DNA of 52,456 bases, taken from assembly GCF_001194135.2 (NCBI RefSeq), contig NC_069000.1, forward strand, positions 13,580,069 through 13,632,524. Direction: 5' to 3'. Shown piece by piece: positions 48,140-52,456 of this stretch (positions within the stretch are counted from its first letter, which is position 1; each line of letters opens with the position of its first letter). The notes beneath the pieces are model-generated. The model searched no databases. It had not been told where the DNA came from and saw only the letters and a program-made list of their open reading frames with translations. The stretch is from Octopus bimaculoides. Taxonomy: Eukaryota. The position numbers were made by a program, and so were the translations under genes.

Positions 48140-48990
48140 AGTTAACATACGTGATCTATCTGATTTATACAAAGAACAAATTTTTGCAACGCAGATGGCT
48201 GGGGCTTCTGTCAATAAAATTGTCCAATTGTTTAACGTTTCGGTGGGTATAATCTCTAAAATCAGATTTGCATTCCAAAACCAAAGTAAAAACCAACTCT
48301 GATAAGCACAATTGTGGACAGAAGGCGTAACTCACTGGATAGTAAAATAGATTGTCTAAAATCTACGACACCTAAAGTGACATCAGAGCTAAACCCCTAT
48401 TATCCAGCTTTGTGTCAAACAAAATTGTTCGTCGTGAGCTCTTTATAGCTGCATACTTTGGGAGGGCTGCAATTGCTAAACCTCTTCTGTCCCATTAACC
48501 GTAAATAAACGGTGTCTAGACTATTAGAAGTAGTCGATGGCTCAAGGGCTCAATGTCATTTTCTTCGATAAATCGTCATTCATCCCTTTTCCACTTCAGA
48601 ACGCGTTCATATCTGGAGACAACCCAAAGAAGTCTACAAACGTGAATGCTTGGTCATTACCGTGAAACAAAGAGACGGCACTGTGGTGATTTGGGCAGCC
48701 ATATCACTGAATTCTCTTGGCATTTCAGTTTTTCTACGAGTGAGTGCTGAAAAAGTTCCTGGTTTTAAAGGTATCACGAAAGACCCGGCTGGAAGCCCAA
48801 CCTTCCAAGTTCTTTTACAGGGCTTAGAAAAACTGAAGGACCGCTGCAATAAATGTGTGAATCTGAGAGTGGAATATGTTACATAAAATCATAATTAACT
48901 GATCCTCCTATATTTTCTTTTACCCAAAGCCGGGAACTTTTCAGCACCCCCTCGTACTCAGACTTAACGCCAAGGATTACAGAATGTAAC
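48140..48990 (+). mobile_element. Tc1-like transposase pseudogene
   Basis: Frameshifted pieces RDLSDLYKEQI..TQMAGASV.KI..LF.VS, VRREL...GRAAIAKPL, IFFDKS, RVHIWRQPKEVY..ECLV.TVK..DG.VVIWAAIS. Confidence 0.8.
48735..48956. mobile_element. Mariner-derived MITE, copy 2, nested in a Tc1 relic
   Basis: TIR tacgag.g.gtgctgaaaaagttcc / ggaacttttcagcaccccctcgta; TA duplication. Confidence 0.85.
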
Positions 48991-49069
48991 ACGACTTTTA
49001 TCCTTGGATATCAACTGTTATTTCCTAATTACTTACCCTGAGAAAGTAAGAAAAATTGCTAATATTTCC

Positions 49070-49307
49070 TTCAAACTTTGCTTTTGTCCATTTGTCTCGA
49101 CTTGGACATCTAGAAATAAACTGAACTGTTGAGTTTACGGTCCCTGTATTTATAGTCATCTATGTTGCCAGAACGTTCTAGAAATTCTTGAAATTTTTAG
49201 AAACTTCAAGAAAATTCTAGAAAATTCTGCTGAATCTGTCTGAAATGTAATGGAAAATAGATCAGTTTCAAAATATTGATGTCCAGGTCACAAAAGCAAA
49301 GTCTGAA
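49070..49307. repeat. Inverted-repeat-bounded segment with ttctagaaa-type internal repeats (transposon subterminal or MITE)
   Basis: ttcaaactttgcttttgt...gacttggacatc versus gatgtccaggtcacaaaagcaaagtctgaa. Confidence 0.5.
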
Positions 49308-49999
49308 AGCAATAATAGTCATTTTCTTCGATTTTAGGCAGCCAGTTCCAAAACTATCCATCCATCCAAAAGAAGAAAAGTGTCCTTAATGCCAACTTCA
49401 ACCAGAATAACTCCAGTGTCATTGTCAACGTCTGAAGCAGAGACTGAAAGTGAATATCAAGAGTCCGAATCCACACAAACAAGGAGGAAGTATAGCAACA
49501 TAGCATTGAACTCTATAAAAAAAAACTGTTGAAGTCAAGTGTGTGTGTGCGTGCGTGCGTACGTATGTGTGTGTGTGTGTGTGTGTTATTGTTAATGTAG
49601 GATGGTATGTGATTAAGAATAGATTTTTTTTTCGGATTTGATATTTTATGAACTCTACGTCTCGAAGACACTAAATACGAAGAAGAAATTCATCTTCAAC
49701 TCTTGTTGTTACATCGTATGCTCCTATGACGTCATATTATGAATGTATGTATGTATGTATGTATGTATGTATATTAAGAGAGCTGCGCGAAAGCGCACGG
49801 CTCGTATAGTGAATGGGGAAAGCTTGGTCTGCAATGTTTGCAATCGTGTATGCTTATCAAGAGCAGGGCTCATTAGCCACCAACGGAGCCGCAAATGCAA
49901 AATATAAGTTAGTCCTAGAGCGCACAAGGTTCCTGAAGGTCGGCAATGGTCTTCCTCGGTCACGAGTGGACGGCCATCATGTATGTATGTATGCATGCA

Positions 50000-50420
50000 T
50001 GGAGCCCATAATGGAATATTATTCCCACATCTGGAATGGGGCAGCTACAGTTTCATTCGCAGACATTCTGAACTGCATCCAGCAAAGGTCCTACCGACAG
50101 ATTGTTACAAAGTAACAAATTCGCTCCAACCTTTGATTCACATGTGTCCTCTCTCCTCCCTCTGGTTTGCCTGTCGTTACTACAACGGCTGCTTCTACTG
50201 GGAACTTGTTGAATTTGTTCCACTCGGTAGTATAATTTGAATGGGGAGCAATGGAGCTGTTCGCCCTGGGCGACACTTTTATTGGACCAGCACTTATGGG
50301 TCTACTGTATAAGCTTGTATAGGCCTGGTGGGACTGGGGGCGCGGCAAAATGAAGGGCTTCTCCTGGTCACTCATCTTCTCTCTTCTCAGCATTCTTATG
50401 CCCAACAACCTATCCTCAGG
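50000..50420 (+). mobile_element. Jockey-superclass (Crack/L2-like) LINE RT C-terminal relic
   Basis: PIMEYYSHIWNGA...LN.IQQR...LQPL.H..LSSL...RYYNGC..EL..FVP. Confidence 0.6.
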
Positions 50421-50823
50421 TCCCACACTAATTGCCATGCTCAGTCCTTGCTTTCGAAAAAACCATCCCGCAAGAAACTCTCTCTCTCTATCTATCTATC
50501 TCTCTATCCCTCTCTCTCTCTTTCTCCCTCTCTCTCTCTTTCCCTCTCTCTCTCTATCTATCTCTCTATCCCTCTCTCTCTCTTTCTCCCTCTCTCTCTC
50601 TTTCCCTCTCTCTCTCTCTCTCTGGAACTCCATCATTACTGATGGCACGACCGATTATGTAAACTTATAAATAGGCTGCGCTCGAAAACGAAGGAATGAT
50701 GGTCACGGTTGGAGCAGATATGTTTATATGGTCAGGGCCGATTTGGATTCAGCTGAACAACAGCAAAAACACCACCTTCCCAATTATCACCAACCGCTCA
50801 TAGTAATGCAAACCATACAACTG

Positions 50824-50874
<51 letters not shown>

Positions 50875-52124
50875 GTGGTGGTGGTGGTGGTGGTGGTGGT
50901 GGTGGTGGTACATCTGTTGGTCCTTAAACCAGAGTCAACAAATCCGCTCGCTGTCATCGCAATGAAGTTTTCTATTGTTACTTTTGAAACTGACGTCACA
51001 GCACTGCTGACGTCATTAATTTATATNNNNNNNNNNNNNNNNNNNNNNNNNNNNNNNNNNNNNNNNNNNNNNNNNNNNNNNNNNNNNNNNNNNNNNNNNN
51101 NNNNNNNNNNNNNNNNNNNNNNNNNNNNNNNNNNNNNNNNNNNNNNNNNNNNNNNNNNNNNNNNNNNNNNNNNNNNNNNNNNNNNNNNNNNNNNNNNNNN
51201 NNNNNNNNNNNNNNNNNNNNNNNNNNNNNNNNNNNNNNNNNNNNNNNNNNNNNNNNNNNNNNNNNNNNNNNNNNNNNNNNNNNNNNNNNNNNNNNNNNNN
51301 NNNNNNNNNNNNNNNNNNNNNNNNNNNNNNNNNNNNNNNNNNNNNNNACAATTGCAGCGTGTAAGGTGTTTGTAAACCATTTAAAAAACACAAAAAAAAA
51401 CTGTTAGATTCACTTCACCATTTAAATTTAATTTGTGTCAAAATATTTTCGTCGCTTGGAAACCACAACTTGTTCACTGACAAAATTAAACTGTCGTATG
51501 TCCAAATTTGCCCCAAAAAGTATTTTCTTCAATATTTATTTTTTGCTTGCAATAACCGGTTCTTTTGGTCGAACTATCGTATCTCCAGCTGCTTTAGATG
51601 CCAAAATATCAAAAATTGTCAAAGTTTAGTACAACGGTTTTGCTATAGAATGGTGAAAGTTTTTTGGGGGTTTTCTGAAAAAGCAATGTTTTGGACTTAC
51701 GACACTTTTGCATAATAGCAAAGATGTATTCTTTTACTGAATGAAGGAGTTCTTCTCCTCGAAGAACAAGAAATGGTATCAGCGTGAGATCAAAAAGCTG
51801 ACAAGAAAGGTGACTTCAGACTGTGAAACGCAATAGCATCTACTCTAAATGCTAGGCTGTTTTTGTTTTGTTATTTTTGTTTTTTTTATGTAAGACGAAT
51901 AAAGCAAATAAGTTACCAAAACTTTTGACTGAACACAATATATATTTCAATACAAACATATAAATATATACAGGTGTATACACTCACACACACATATATA
52001 CATACATATCTCTATGTATAAATATATGGATATATATGCATATATATGTACATATATATCTATATGTACATAAATATATACACATATATCTACAAACATA
52101 CACATATACATATATGTATGTATC

Positions 52125-52161
<37 letters not shown>

Positions 52162-52456
52162 ATATATATGTGTATGTGTGTGTATCTTTCCTCTTTCTCT
52201 CTCTTTCACTCTCTCTCTCTCTCCGTATGTGTGTATGTGTGTGCCTGCTTGTTGTGTGTATCTGTGTTTGTGTGTGTTCGTGTGTGTGTGTGTATGTGAG
52301 AGAGTGTGCGTGCGTGTTTGTGTGTGTGTGAGTATTCGTGTGTGTGTGTGTGTGTGTGTATGTGTGTGTGTGTGTGCGTGCGTGTGTGTGTCTGCGTCAG
52401 TGCGTGCATGTGTGTGTATGTCTGCATCTTTGCGTGCGTGCATGTGTGTGTGTGTG

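Overview
AT-rich eukaryotic scaffold with about ten N-gaps and dense microsatellites, SINEs and decayed transposons. The repeat families and composition point to an octopus (coleoid cephalopod) genome; this is inference, not a database result. There is no prokaryotic content and no CRISPR array. The only confident protein-coding gene is FANCL (E3 ubiquitin ligase of the Fanconi anemia pathway) on the minus strand: 368 aa encoded by just two coding exons (7429-7677 and 4833-5690), against 14 exons in vertebrates. One tRNA-Asn(GTT) gene with three departures from the metazoan consensus lies at 28030-28103. The rest is mostly three tRNA-derived SINE families, mariner/Tc1, hAT and piggyBac relics or MITEs, and CR1, RTE, R4/Dong and Penelope-like fragments. 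Most notable: (1) two different GG...CC foldback elements with exact 8-bp target duplications (Merlin-like), each carrying five telomere-type TTAGGG hexamers in the hairpin loop; one sits in the FANCL 5' region and carries a strong splice donor; (2) several minimal hammerhead-ribozyme-like motifs in Penelope-like sequence; (3) a piggyBac MITE whose empty site occurs in a paralogous repeat in the same window; (4) matching mariner ends 6.4 kb apart; (5) FANCL's overlapping uORF and a candidate poison exon.
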